Positions 45,927 to 55,080 of a stretch of DNA of 64,000 bases are shown piece after piece. Made by a program: the position numbers and the translations under genes. Every line of letters starts with the position of its first letter. Positions within the stretch are counted from its first letter, which is position 1. The DNA comes from a virus: the IMG/VR virus record IMGVR_UViG_3300028590_000011, positions 1 to 64,000 of that record; one strand, 5' to 3'. Under the pieces are notes generated by a model that did not search any database, was not told the DNA's origin, and worked only from the letters and a program-made list of their open reading frames with translations.

Positions 45927-46258
45927 TCCCCTCGGCTACGCATCATTCTCGCTCGTTTCTTCGCCATTACGAGCATCTCTGCCTTCAACTGGGGTGTCGT
46001 CGGGATCAACTTGACGTTGGTACCCGGCAGAGACTTGGACTGCGTGTCCTGGAAAGTCGACTTCTGGTAGCAGCCTTGGCAGAACTCCTCGACCGCTGTG
46101 TAGGCGAAGCGGTTCTCCTCCCACTCCCATGGAGCGGTCCCGCACTGAACACAGCGCAGAGACCGCTCCATAGCGTAGGCGAGCACCTTGGCCCGGTCCT
46201 CGGGTTCCCATTCGAGGAACTCCGAGTGTGGGATGCCGTTCTCGTAGCAGTACGACAT
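45923..46258 (-). CDS. Tail assembly chaperone, C-terminal (-1 frame) part
   Basis: Open -1 frame continues from the slippery site at 46300-46306. Confidence 0.75.
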   Translation of the reverse strand: MSYCYENGIPHSEFLEWEPEDRAKVLAYAMERSLRCVQCGTAPWEWEENRFAYTAVEEFCQGCYQKSTFQDTQSKSLPGTNVKLIPTTPQLKAEMLVMAKKRARMMRSRGE

Positions 46259-46284
46259 CTCCAGACTGAAGGTCGGGTCTGCCC

Positions 46285-46716
46285 TCAGCCGTTCTCGCTG
46301 AAAGGGATGTCGATACCTCTGTTGTTCAGTTCGACGGCGTTGCGGAACAGGACCATCAGGTCACCACGCGACCAGTCCTCCGAAGACCAGATCTCGTTCG
46401 CGTCCTCCACCGAGATCTCTGGATCGACAGAGACGGCAGCGATGAGGGCCGGAGCGAAGGTGTCCATGTTGAAGGACGCGCCCTCAGCACGCTGCTCGGG
46501 CTTCGGTGGGTGCTTGGCCACGAGCTTGTCGTAGTTGCGAGCGCCAATGGCCTGGAACTTCAGCGTGAGCTCCTGAGTCTCCCCGTCCTCATCCTTGATG
46601 AAGATGGAGAACTCAGAGGTGGCTCGCGGCTTGTTCTTCATCAGATCCAGCGTGGCGCGCTTGGACGCCTCACGCTGCTTCTGCTTGGCCGTGACCTTCT
46701 GGGCTTCGTCGGGCAT
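46285..46716 (-). CDS. Tail assembly chaperone
   Basis: Between the major tail and tape measure genes. Confidence 0.8.
   Translation of the reverse strand: MPDEAQKVTAKQKQREASKRATLDLMKNKPRATSEFSIFIKDEDGETQELTLKFQAIGARNYDKLVAKHPPKPEQRAEGASFNMDTFAPALIAAVSVDPEISVEDANEIWSSEDWSRGDLMVLFRNAVELNNRGIDIPFSENG
46300..46306 (-). other. Programmed -1 frameshift heptamer C CCU UUC
   Basis: X XXY YYZ in the correct phase at the chaperone 3' end. Confidence 0.75.
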
Positions 46717-46790
46717 GTGCTTCTCCTTGGGCGGTAGGAGTTGGATGTATTGAGTTGTCAGTCTATCCAGTCCCGGAGGACGGATAGGAG

Positions 46791-47273
46791 TTACGCAGCG
46801 ACCGTGGCGTCCTCATCGGGCTCCACATTCACCGAGCAAGACGCGGTGAAGGTGAGGACCGTGTTGGACGACATGTTGGCCATGGTGCGGGAGGTAACCA
46901 TGACCGGCCAGACCTCCACCTTGTCAGTGGCGATCGGCAGGTTGTCGGTACCGGTGCCACCGAATCGGGAGATGATGAAGAAGCCACGGGTGCCACGCGG
47001 GAGAGTCTCCCAGGCGGTGTCGTCCTCATCGTCGCGGTAGAAGTCAGCGTCGAAGGTCGCAGCCGAAGTGCCAGCGGTGCTGGTCTCGAACAGCGAGTCG
47101 AACGCCGGGGTCGGGACCGTGTTGCCACGGCTCGACGCGTTCAGCGAGATCGTGAACCCCGTGAGATTCACCGCAGCAGCAACCTGCGCCGCAGTAGGCG
47201 CAGAGATGTTGGTGATGGCTCCGTCCGCAGCGAAACCAATCCAGGTGTTCTCGTTAGGAATGATGCGAGCCAT
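46791..47273 (-). CDS. Major tail protein
   Basis: SAPTAAQ..A..NLT; VEVWPV; position. Confidence 0.8.
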   Translation of the reverse strand: MARIIPNENTWIGFAADGAITNISAPTAAQVAAAVNLTGFTISLNASSRGNTVPTPAFDSLFETSTAGTSAATFDADFYRDDEDDTAWETLPRGTRGFFIISRFGGTGTDNLPIATDKVEVWPVMVTSRTMANMSSNTVLTFTASCSVNVEPDEDATVAA

Positions 47274-47275
47274 CG

Positions 47276-47485
47276 TTACTCCTCAGTCTTGTCGTTGACA
47301 TCGAAGAACAAGGGGCTGTTGACGACCTCTACGGGCGCGTCCTCAGTCGGCTCCTCATCCTTCTCAGTGCTAGTTCCATCATCTACAGCGGTCCAGCCGT
47401 TCCTCTCCCACGCGGGGAGCGAAGAAGGAAGGCACTTGCCCTTCTGGCCGTCCTTCTCGATCTCGATGTACTTCGGCTTAGCCAT
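47276..47485 (-). CDS. Small hypothetical virion-module protein
   Basis: W..NGW pattern. Confidence 0.6.
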   Translation of the reverse strand: MAKPKYIEIEKDGQKGKCLPSSLPAWERNGWTAVDDGTSTEKDEEPTEDAPVEVVNSPLFFDVNDKTEE

Positions 47486-47487
47486 GG

Positions 47488-47955
47488 CTATCGTCCCTTC
47501 GATACGAGTAGCTCGAACGTGTCTACCTGGGTGAAGTAGTCGGGGAAGGTGGAGCCGATCCGGTTCACCCTGCCGACAGTCGTGCACGCAAGCTTCTGGA
47601 TCTTCCAGTCACCAGTGGAGGTGGTGATCAGCTCACGCTCGATGTTGACGAGAGCGGCGCGCATCTTGTCTGCGAGCGCCTCGACGTGCTTCCGGGACAG
47701 TCCTGCGTAGAACACCTCGTAAGGCAGCATCCACTCAGTGCCAGTGTCCCCGAGTCCCCCGTTGGGTCGCTGAGGCTGACCCGTGAGTGTGCCAACAGAC
47801 ATCCAGGGGATGAAGTTGGAGGTCTCCGCACCCGGCTCTCCTTGCCAGCCGTATGCATCTTCCGGAGCCTGGTTGTCGCCAACCGGCAGGCCCTCTTCCT
47901 TCAGCTCCTGAATGACTCGCGTGGTGACAGGTCCACGCCTGATGACGCTAGGCAC
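47488..47955 (-). CDS. Tail terminator-like protein
   Basis: Synteny. Confidence 0.6.
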   Translation of the reverse strand: MPSVIRRGPVTTRVIQELKEEGLPVGDNQAPEDAYGWQGEPGAETSNFIPWMSVGTLTGQPQRPNGGLGDTGTEWMLPYEVFYAGLSRKHVEALADKMRAALVNIERELITTSTGDWKIQKLACTTVGRVNRIGSTFPDYFTQVDTFELLVSKGR

Positions 47956-48400
47956 CGGCTTCCTCCCTCAAGACCTTCACATTGGCCTCTGCTACATCTC
48001 TACCCAGGGTGGCTACCCAGGCATCGAAGGCGGGCCGAACAAAGGGCTGTGCAGGTGTACCTGGGTGATTCACCACGCGCGCGTAGACCTGCTGCCCATT
48101 GACCTTGAAGGCGAGTACCCCACCGGGCTTCTTGGGCTTGATCTCGTGCGGACGTGTACCGAACTCCACGTAGGTGGCGTACGGGACATCAGGGCCCACT
48201 CGGATGGTGGTCCCCTCGATCCTCACGCCGATCGAATCCCGGAGCTTCCCGGAGTCCACAGGCACTCGGACCTGCATCTCCACCACGAGGAAGTTGGCTG
48301 CCTCGATCAGAGTGCGCTGAGTAGTGGCATCCGCGTCGCGCCCGGTACGTCGGAGAGCCTCTGCGATCCGGGTGATGTCGGCGCTGGCGATGGCACTCAT
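47948..48400 (-). CDS. HK97 gp10-like neck protein
   Basis: PVDSGKLRDSI, YATYVEFGT, PAQPFVRPA. Confidence 0.85.
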   Translation of the reverse strand: MSAIASADITRIAEALRRTGRDADATTQRTLIEAANFLVVEMQVRVPVDSGKLRDSIGVRIEGTTIRVGPDVPYATYVEFGTRPHEIKPKKPGGVLAFKVNGQQVYARVVNHPGTPAQPFVRPAFDAWVATLGRDVAEANVKVLREEAGA

Positions 48401-48813
48401 CGCTCGACCGCCTTCACGTTGTACCTGCGCGTGGCTCGGAGCTCACCAGCACGAGCCGAGGAGATGATCTCGAACCGCTTGCCCAGCATCGAGGTGTCCT
48501 GTGTGGGCGCGTAGGTGATCACGATCTGATCGTTCTTGCGCAGGATCGGGGAGTTCCAGGGCAGCGAGAGCTGGACGTTCTGGACCATGATGTCGGTCTC
48601 TCCGAGCATCACAGCGCCTGCTCCCTGGATCTCCCAGATCCTGCACGGGGAGTCCTCGATGATGAGGGTCCGAGAAGTAGCCGGGATGGTCAGGTCGTCT
48701 CCATCCTCGAAGTCCACACGCGTCAGGCGCTCTGCATCGCAGCGGTACTCCATGACCGCCGTGGCACGAGAGCGCACATAGTTGCGCGCGCGAGGAGAGA
48801 TGGGAGAGGCCAT
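48397..48813 (-). CDS. Head-to-tail stopper-like protein
   Basis: Synteny; L.LP.....L...D motif. Confidence 0.6.
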   Translation of the reverse strand: MASPISPRARNYVRSRATAVMEYRCDAERLTRVDFEDGDDLTIPATSRTLIIEDSPCRIWEIQGAGAVMLGETDIMVQNVQLSLPWNSPILRKNDQIVITYAPTQDTSMLGKRFEIISSARAGELRATRRYNVKAVER

Positions 48814-49031
48814 CAGATCATTCCTGTTACGGCTCGTCCGAGCGTGCGAGCGACACCGAGAGTGGGATGTTGCGGACTGAGAGTGCCGATCTTGTTAGCA
48901 ACCTTCACGGTCGTCAGCTGTCGCCGCGTGACCGCCTTGCGCGCTCCAGCCTTGTGCTTGGGGTTGACGACCTTGGGCTGGAGTAGCGCCTTGGAGACCT
49001 CGCCATGGTCTACTCCGAAGGCGCTGATCAT
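48813..49031 (-). CDS. Small basic protein with N-terminal SAFGVDH tag
   Basis: MISAFGVDHGEVSKA. Confidence 0.75.
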   Translation of the reverse strand: MISAFGVDHGEVSKALLQPKVVNPKHKAGARKAVTRRQLTTVKVANKIGTLSPQHPTLGVARTLGRAVTGMI

Positions 49032-49243
49032 CAGGACGCCAGGAGACCGGCTGCCCGCAGCGAGGCGAGCAGGGCGTTGACCTTGGCCACCGTGGTCGGC
49101 AGGTCAGCACCGCCAGCGAGGTTGGCCACCGCAGCAGCGGGCTCCAGGTTCAGCGGAGAGTCCGAGTCCGCCAGAGCGAGAGCAATGGGGCGCGGGACCT
49201 CCAGAGACCGGAGTGCGTCGTACTTGTCCTTGTCGTATGCCAT
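49031..49243 (-). CDS. Head fiber-like small protein
   Basis: KVNALLASLRAAGLLAS C-terminus. Confidence 0.6.
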   Translation of the reverse strand: MAYDKDKYDALRSLEVPRPIALALADSDSPLNLEPAAAVANLAGGADLPTTVAKVNALLASLRAAGLLAS

Positions 49244-49244
49244 C

Positions 49245-49721
49245 TCAGACTCCTGGGTTCTCTTCCGGGTAGTACTCGGGGAAGTCCTGGCTGCCGTAAT
49301 CCTGGCGACCAGCGGACTTGTCGTCGTGCATCCCCGTGCCGAACGCGAAGGGCTTGATCTCTGGGTGCGTCCCCTCGTAGGGGGAGACGCCGCCCACGTC
49401 TGGGAACCCCCCTACGAGGGAACTCTTGTGCTGCTCCCGGAGGGAAGCAGCGAGTTCACGGAACTGCTGGGCTACCGCTCCGAGGTTGATGGAGACGCCA
49501 TCCGCGCTGTACGACACCTCGCGCGCGTACCGAGCAGCCAGGGAGTCCGCGATGGCCGCAGCCACGAACTCCAGGGTGCCGTACAGCGGCTTCCACTTGG
49601 AGATCATGTAGTTGATCTCCTCGTCCTGCGCGAACCACTCAGAGTCCGCGCCGGTGTCCTGGATCAGGAACCGGACTACGTCCTTGTCAGTGGCCAGCGA
49701 GGGGTCGTATGAGGTGGTCAC
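49245..49721 (-). CDS. Head-to-tail adaptor
   Basis: D.VRFLIQDT.....F.QDEEI.Y. Confidence 0.75.
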   Translation of the reverse strand: MTTSYDPSLATDKDVVRFLIQDTGADSEWFAQDEEINYMISKWKPLYGTLEFVAAAIADSLAARYAREVSYSADGVSINLGAVAQQFRELAASLREQHKSSLVGGFPDVGGVSPYEGTHPEIKPFAFGTGMHDDKSAGRQDYGSQDFPEYYPEENPGV

Positions 49722-50059
49722 AGCTTCGTCTCGGTCTTGTTCTTCTTGCGGCCGGACTTCCAGGTGCTGTAGCCAGCACCGCCCAGCACAGCGGCACCGG
49801 TGACAGCAGGCTTCGCTGCCACAGCCTTGCCAGCGAGCTCAGCGACACGACCGACTCCACGACCGACATCAGCGACGCTCACCTTGGCGTTGGCAGCCTT
49901 GCCAGGGATCGCGGTCAGCTTGCCGAGGCGAGCCTTGTTCCGGGCGTAAGCAGCCTGCTGGTTGGCGCGCACGTTGGCCTTGTGCTGCGCCTTACGACGA
50001 CCAGCGGGGGTCAGCGCCTTGGAGACTTCTCCATGCTCGACCCCGAACGCGCTCTCCAT
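49718..50059 (-). CDS. Basic protein with N-terminal SAFGVEH tag
   Basis: MESAFGVEHGEVSKA. Confidence 0.75.
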   Translation of the reverse strand: MESAFGVEHGEVSKALTPAGRRKAQHKANVRANQQAAYARNKARLGKLTAIPGKAANAKVSVADVGRGVGRVAELAGKAVAAKPAVTGAAVLGGAGYSTWKSGRKKNKTETKL

Positions 50060-50060
50060 G

Positions 50061-50387
50061 TCAGGCCCCCTTCTTCCGGTTGGCGTAGACACCACCGGTC
50101 AGACCGACAGCGCCGCCGCCAATGACAGCCTTGCCGGTAGTCGTGCCCGCGAAGCCCTTGGCGCTGTTGCCAGCGGCACCAGCGAAGGACTTGGCCTTCT
50201 GGCCCATGGTCGACTGGAACGCCTTACGAGCGCCACCAGCAGGCGCGCCAGGCTTCTTCTGAGCACCAGTCATGGACTGCTGCCCCAGCCTCTTCAGGTT
50301 GCCGCCCATGGCGCTGACCTTGCCCGTGGGCATGGAGAAGGCCTTGGAGACCTCACCGTGCTCTACTCCGAATGCGCTCTCAGACAT
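50061..50387 (-). CDS. Basic protein with N-terminal SAFGVEH tag
   Basis: MSESAFGVEHGEVSKA. Confidence 0.75.
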   Translation of the reverse strand: MSESAFGVEHGEVSKAFSMPTGKVSAMGGNLKRLGQQSMTGAQKKPGAPAGGARKAFQSTMGQKAKSFAGAAGNSAKGFAGTTTGKAVIGGGAVGLTGGVYANRKKGA

Positions 50388-51090
50388 TGTCGAGGATGCC
50401 CTTCCGCTTCTTGTTGGCCTGCTCCACAGCCACCACGCGGTTGTACTCCTCTTCGGAGATGTCGCTCGCGAGGTAGTCCATGACCTCATCCACGGTGTGC
50501 TCCGTGGGGTCGTAGAGGTCTTCCTCAGTGATCACCGGCTCGTCATCTTCGAGATCCTCGCCCTCAGAGACGACGTTCTGTCGTTCTCCGGATAGAGCAG
50601 CGGTCTCTTCAGCAACAGGGTCGTCGCCACTCTCGTCGCCAGGGACAGTGTCGTCCCCATCGAGAACATCATCAGATCCCTCTGCGTTCTCGTCATCCAG
50701 CACCTTCTCCGTCAGGGCGTTGGCGTGAGCCTCGGCCTTCAGAGCAGCGGCGACATCCTGGTCCTCGTACTTCTTCGCCGGGGTGGTCTCCACCGACGGG
50801 AACGTGAGGTCATGCTGCTTCGGCTTGTTGTACGCCGACTCACCCAGCGCAGTGCCGAGCTTGGCGTCGATGACTTCCCGAGACCAGACGTGGTGGTGCC
50901 AGTGGCGCGGCTGGTCAGCGGGGTCATCGACCACCGCGAAGAGACGCCGCGTACGGATGAGCAGATCGATACGACCGGTGGCCTCGTCCTGAGGGAACTC
51001 TTCCCCCATCGAGTAGTCCTTACCGGCGTACGTGAAGTTGCGAGCGCAGATGAAGTACACCGCGCCGTTGTTGTAGAGCTGGGACGGCAT
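50380..51090 (-). CDS. Acidic hypothetical protein after the capsid gene
   Basis: C-terminal TVDEV..YL...E....KRKGIL. Confidence 0.7.
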   Translation of the reverse strand: MPSQLYNNGAVYFICARNFTYAGKDYSMGEEFPQDEATGRIDLLIRTRRLFAVVDDPADQPRHWHHHVWSREVIDAKLGTALGESAYNKPKQHDLTFPSVETTPAKKYEDQDVAAALKAEAHANALTEKVLDDENAEGSDDVLDGDDTVPGDESGDDPVAEETAALSGERQNVVSEGEDLEDDEPVITEEDLYDPTEHTVDEVMDYLASDISEEEYNRVVAVEQANKKRKGILDNV

Positions 51091-51110
51091 CTCTATCTCC
51101 TCAGATAGTG

Positions 51111-51144
51111 AGAGGGGGCCAGGGACTACTCCCCAGCCCCCTCT
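51111..51144 (-). terminator. Hairpin after the major capsid gene
   Basis: AGAGGGGGC/GCCCCCTCT inverted repeat. Confidence 0.55.
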
Positions 51145-51160
51145 ACAGGTAACGCGTGGA

Positions 51161-52159
51161 TCAGGCGACAGCGTCCGCGAGGAAGATGCCCATGTCGGGG
51201 GAGACGACCTTCATGTCGTAGGTCATCTCGCCCTCGATGCGGTCCGAGGCGATGTGCTCCATCCGGAAGTTCTTCATCCGGATGCCGTAGCTGTTGCCAG
51301 CCAGATAGCCGTTCCAGGTGAAGATGTAGCCCGAAGCAGGAGTCATCAGCGACGGAGACGACGGCGTGTAGCACAGGAGCGCGCTCTTCGAGTTGCTCAT
51401 GAAGCTGTACGACGCGGCAGCGTCCTGGGTGTCAGCGTCGTTGCGCTCAGCGACATCCGTGAAGGAAGCGTACGAGACCAGGATCTTCTCCACGTCGAAG
51501 AGCGACGCGAGGAGGTCGGTGGTCACGACACCCTTCTGGGTGTACTTGATCCGGTCGATGATGTCCGGGTGGTTCTTCAGCGAGGTGATCGCCTCAGCAC
51601 CGAGGACCAGGGTGTTGGCCTTCCGACCAGACTGGAGGACGAAGTCCGTCTGGAGGTTGGCGAACTGCACGATCGGGTCCGACGCGGCGTCGTTCCACTG
51701 GAGGAACTGCGAGCCAGACGGAGCGGCAGCAACACCAGCAAGGTCGGTGCCCCAGACACCGGTCTTGAAGTAGGCGTTGTTCCAGTCCAGGTCACGCTTC
51801 AGCAGGAGCTGGTTGGTGACGAACTTGGTCGCGTCCTTGTCCAGGCTCCAGTTGGAGTCGGCGTTGGCACGGGTCTGGTCGTCCAGGTCCTTGTGGACCG
51901 CGTACACCTGCGCGTAGTAGGTGTCCGTGTCGACCTTGTAGCCGATACCAGCGGACTCGGTACCCGGCGCACGCTTCTGGACATCGGTCCGACGCCAGTC
52001 GGACTTGCTGTACTTCCAGAAGAGGTCCGACTGCTTCTGCACCGGAACTCGCGGGAAGACCTTGTCAGCGATGAACGTCGCAGTGTCCTGCATGTACGCC
52101 ACGCTGACGTTGGTCAGCGGTGCGTTGACGTGGAGATCGCTCTGAGTCGGGTTAGGCAT
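51161..52159 (-). CDS. Major capsid protein
   Basis: LTNVSVAY.Q...FIADKVFP.VPV; W....SDPI; position. Confidence 0.88.
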   Translation of the reverse strand: MPNPTQSDLHVNAPLTNVSVAYMQDTATFIADKVFPRVPVQKQSDLFWKYSKSDWRRTDVQKRAPGTESAGIGYKVDTDTYYAQVYAVHKDLDDQTRANADSNWSLDKDATKFVTNQLLLKRDLDWNNAYFKTGVWGTDLAGVAAAPSGSQFLQWNDAASDPIVQFANLQTDFVLQSGRKANTLVLGAEAITSLKNHPDIIDRIKYTQKGVVTTDLLASLFDVEKILVSYASFTDVAERNDADTQDAAASYSFMSNSKSALLCYTPSSPSLMTPASGYIFTWNGYLAGNSYGIRMKNFRMEHIASDRIEGEMTYDMKVVSPDMGIFLADAVA

Positions 52160-52174
52160 AGCTCGCTCCTCCTA

Positions 52175-52591
52175 TCAGAGCTGGATCAGAAGGAGAACCG
52201 AGATCAGCTCTCCAGCGTTGGCAACGGACGAGACCGCCACACCGACGCAGAGACCGCCGCCGCCAGTGGCGTCAGTGGCCTGTCCGTCAGCAGAGACGAA
52301 GACCTTCTCGCCAGCGTCGATGGCCTTGTCAGCCACCACCTTGCTGACACCTCGGATACCGACAGTGGCAGCGCCACCCGTGACCTGAGGCTTGTTCTGC
52401 ACGACACCGATCACGCCGGTGTCGTCCGCGTCCGCGAGACCGACCTGATGCGCGCCGGTCACCTTCACGAAGTGGTACTGCTTACCACCGTTGGGCGAAG
52501 CGCTGCCAGGCTGGCCGGGGACGCCGGTGTACTGCGCCAGGGTCGCATCCGCGTTAAGCGTGATGGACCGGAGGCTCTCCTCGTACGCCAT
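52175..52591 (-). CDS. Capsid decoration/cement protein
   Basis: GVVQNKP...G.A.V...G.SKV.A. Confidence 0.75.
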   Translation of the reverse strand: MAYEESLRSITLNADATLAQYTGVPGQPGSASPNGGKQYHFVKVTGAHQVGLADADDTGVIGVVQNKPQVTGGAATVGIRGVSKVVADKAIDAGEKVFVSADGQATDATGGGGLCVGVAVSSVANAGELISVLLLIQL

Positions 52592-52614
52592 GAGATTCCC
52601 TACCCTTCCTTATC

Positions 52615-53418
52615 TCAACGTCCCCGCGAAGCGAGGTACTCGTCGTATGCCTGCGGGTTGTCGTCCAGGACATTCACGATGTCCGTGGCACCAGCGGACT
52701 TGCCGATCGTCTCCGAGGCGTAGGCGGTCACAGTGTCCATGACATCGGCGTTGTCGCCGCCGCCCCGGTAGCCGACCTCCTGGAAGAGAGCCTCACCGGC
52801 AGTCTCCAGGCACTTGGCGATGACCGCGCAGTCCTCGTAGCTCATCGTCTCGGCCATCCGATACAGGACCGGGCCGAGCTCCTCACCGGAGACCGGGAGG
52901 TTGTAGCTGTCCGCCTTGGAGATGTACTCGCGGGTCAGGCGCAGGTCACGCTCGGCCTTGGCAGCCTTGGCGATCTCCTGGGTCTGCTTCTCCAGCTCGT
53001 CCACTCGGCCGAGCGCCTTGGAGATGATCTTGTCGCGGTCCTCGTCGCTGAACGCCTTCGACAGCTCTTCGAGCACCGACTGGGCGAATCCGCCCTTGGG
53101 GGCCTGGGTCTGGTCGAAGAAAGCCGACTTACCAACGGTAGCCAGTTCCTTGTCCTCGACGTTCTCCTCCTCCGTCAGGGTGAACTCGTAAGCGTTCCCC
53201 TCGGAGTCGTATACGACCTGGCCGTCCTCCAGGGTCTCCTGGTCCAGGGCCTTGCCGTTCTCATCGAACAGGTCGATCTCTGCGGGCATGTTGTCCTCCT
53301 CAGGAGCCCTCTTAGCGATGGTGATCATTGCGTGCTGATTGGCACCCTTGTCGACCAGAGAGATCTCATCGATCTCCATGTTGGTCAGGTTCTTAATCGG
53401 CTTCGGCATCTCCATCAA
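52615..53418 (-). CDS. Scaffolding protein with N-terminal protease strand
   Basis: DEISLVDKGAN N-terminus; helical body with repeated I/V/L-x-K-A/S. Confidence 0.7.
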   Translation of the reverse strand: MMEMPKPIKNLTNMEIDEISLVDKGANQHAMITIAKRAPEEDNMPAEIDLFDENGKALDQETLEDGQVVYDSEGNAYEFTLTEEENVEDKELATVGKSAFFDQTQAPKGGFAQSVLEELSKAFSDEDRDKIISKALGRVDELEKQTQEIAKAAKAERDLRLTREYISKADSYNLPVSGEELGPVLYRMAETMSYEDCAVIAKCLETAGEALFQEVGYRGGGDNADVMDTVTAYASETIGKSAGATDIVNVLDDNPQAYDEYLASRGR

Positions 53419-53449
53419 CCTCTGTTCTTAGTCTCGGGTGTACGTCTAG

Positions 53450-54223
53450 TCAGTCATGAACGATGCCGAAGGCCGACTCGTTCGAGCTCTTCTTGAAGTT
53501 CTGGCGACGGCGCTGGTTGATCTTGTGTTGCTGATAGGTGTGCTGTCCCTTGGCCCCCGCGCCAACAGCGGCAGCAGTTCCAACGAGAGCGGCTCCACCC
53601 ACGCCAGCGGCTACGGTCTTCTTGGCCTTCGCTGCGCCAGAGACGATCTTCCCAGCAGACTTAAGTCGTCCACCGGCCTTCAACCCCATCGTCCTGTTCA
53701 CGCGGTCAGCGGTCTTCAGGTTGCTACCGAGACGCTTGAAGGACTTCGAGTCGCTGTTATACGCCGCAGCAGTGACACCAGCACCGAGAGCAGCACCAGC
53801 GCCAGCTGCGCGCATCACCTTGCGATCTCTGCGCTGAGTCTGTTCCCGCTGATCGATCGTCTTCCAGTTCCCGAACTTGGAGATCTCGAAGGGGTCGTTC
53901 TTCTTCACGGGAGTCCTCTTCCTCGACTCAGCATTGGTGTACGCGGCGAAGTTGTAGCCGCCCACACCGCCGATGCCACCAGAGACCACACCGATGTTCT
54001 TAGCCTGGTCTCCAATCTTGTTGCCGACAGCCTTGACTTGGTTGTCGGTCCGTCCGGAGTACTTGGGGATCTTGCGCAACATCCCCGGCTTCTTCTTCAG
54101 AGCAGCACCAGCACCCAGTAGTCCCAGACCAGTCAGCCCCAATGTGGAGGTGGTCTGGGAGATGTGTCCTTGGACCTTCTTGCGGCGCTTGATCTCCGCG
54201 TCGCTCATGATCCGGTTAGCCAT
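53450..54223 (-). CDS. Basic Gly/Ala-rich protein with C-terminal SAFGIVH tag
   Basis: Ends FKKSSNESAFGIVHD. Confidence 0.75.
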   Translation of the reverse strand: MANRIMSDAEIKRRKKVQGHISQTTSTLGLTGLGLLGAGAALKKKPGMLRKIPKYSGRTDNQVKAVGNKIGDQAKNIGVVSGGIGGVGGYNFAAYTNAESRKRTPVKKNDPFEISKFGNWKTIDQREQTQRRDRKVMRAAGAGAALGAGVTAAAYNSDSKSFKRLGSNLKTADRVNRTMGLKAGGRLKSAGKIVSGAAKAKKTVAAGVGGAALVGTAAAVGAGAKGQHTYQQHKINQRRRQNFKKSSNESAFGIVHD

Positions 54224-55079
54224 GGTCTACCCCGAACGCGCTCATGGTGTCCGACTTGGAGATGCCGCGCTTCTTCCGGCTGTGGTGCACCGCAGCAGTC
54301 GCGCCAGCAGCCCCCAGGCCCAAGGTGATGGCTCCACCGGACTTGCCGGTGTGTGTCACGGCGAGCGTCCGCTTCATCTTCCCGCCAGGCAGATCCTTGG
54401 GGTAGTTGCGGAAGAACTGCCGGAACCGAGGATCGCCAGCGGTCATCCCCTTCGGGCGGTACTTGTCCTCATGCGCCTTCATCTTCTTGCGCATCCCAGG
54501 GTTCGACTTGATCTTCTTCTCGTTCTTCCAGTCGAGGGGCTTGGTAGCCATCACCCCACCCTGGTATCCGAGCATGGCTCCAGCACCACCGGCGTACGCA
54601 GCCGTGGTGTCCTTGCGGTCCATCGCCTTGCCGAACTTCTCGTTCTTCTTCGCCTGGTGCATGGCACCGGCGTACGACAGTGGCAGGCCCACGCCTACAG
54701 CGCCCAGCCAGAGTTTCGACTGCTTGGGGTAGACCTTCGGCTTGATCGCCCTGCGCGCGACCTTCAGATCGTTCAACTTGCGGTACCCAGCCTTGCGCTC
54801 AGCGCGGAGTGCTTCCTTCGCAGCGGGCTTGTGCCGGTTCAGGGTCGAGTCACCCTTGCGGTTCTCCTGCTGCCACGAGCCCCGAGCAGGTCGCTTCGGG
54901 ATGGCTGCCTCAGCACGGGCGATCTTCTTGTCCGCAACGTTCTGTCGTACCGCGATGGTCTTGCGCTCGACCCGAGAGACAGCAGGAACACCCAGCGCCA
55001 TCGCGCCGCCACCCACAGCAACAGCAGCGCCACCGTGGGTCTTCTTGTCCTTCTGCTTCCGGAACTCCTCGAAGTCCAT
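54216..55079 (-). CDS. Basic Gly/Ala-rich protein with C-terminal SAFGVDH tag
   Basis: Ends ISKSDTMSAFGVDHG. Confidence 0.75.
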   Translation of the reverse strand: MDFEEFRKQKDKKTHGGAAVAVGGGAMALGVPAVSRVERKTIAVRQNVADKKIARAEAAIPKRPARGSWQQENRKGDSTLNRHKPAAKEALRAERKAGYRKLNDLKVARRAIKPKVYPKQSKLWLGAVGVGLPLSYAGAMHQAKKNEKFGKAMDRKDTTAAYAGGAGAMLGYQGGVMATKPLDWKNEKKIKSNPGMRKKMKAHEDKYRPKGMTAGDPRFRQFFRNYPKDLPGGKMKRTLAVTHTGKSGGAITLGLGAAGATAAVHHSRKKRGISKSDTMSAFGVDHG

Positions 55080-55080
55080 G

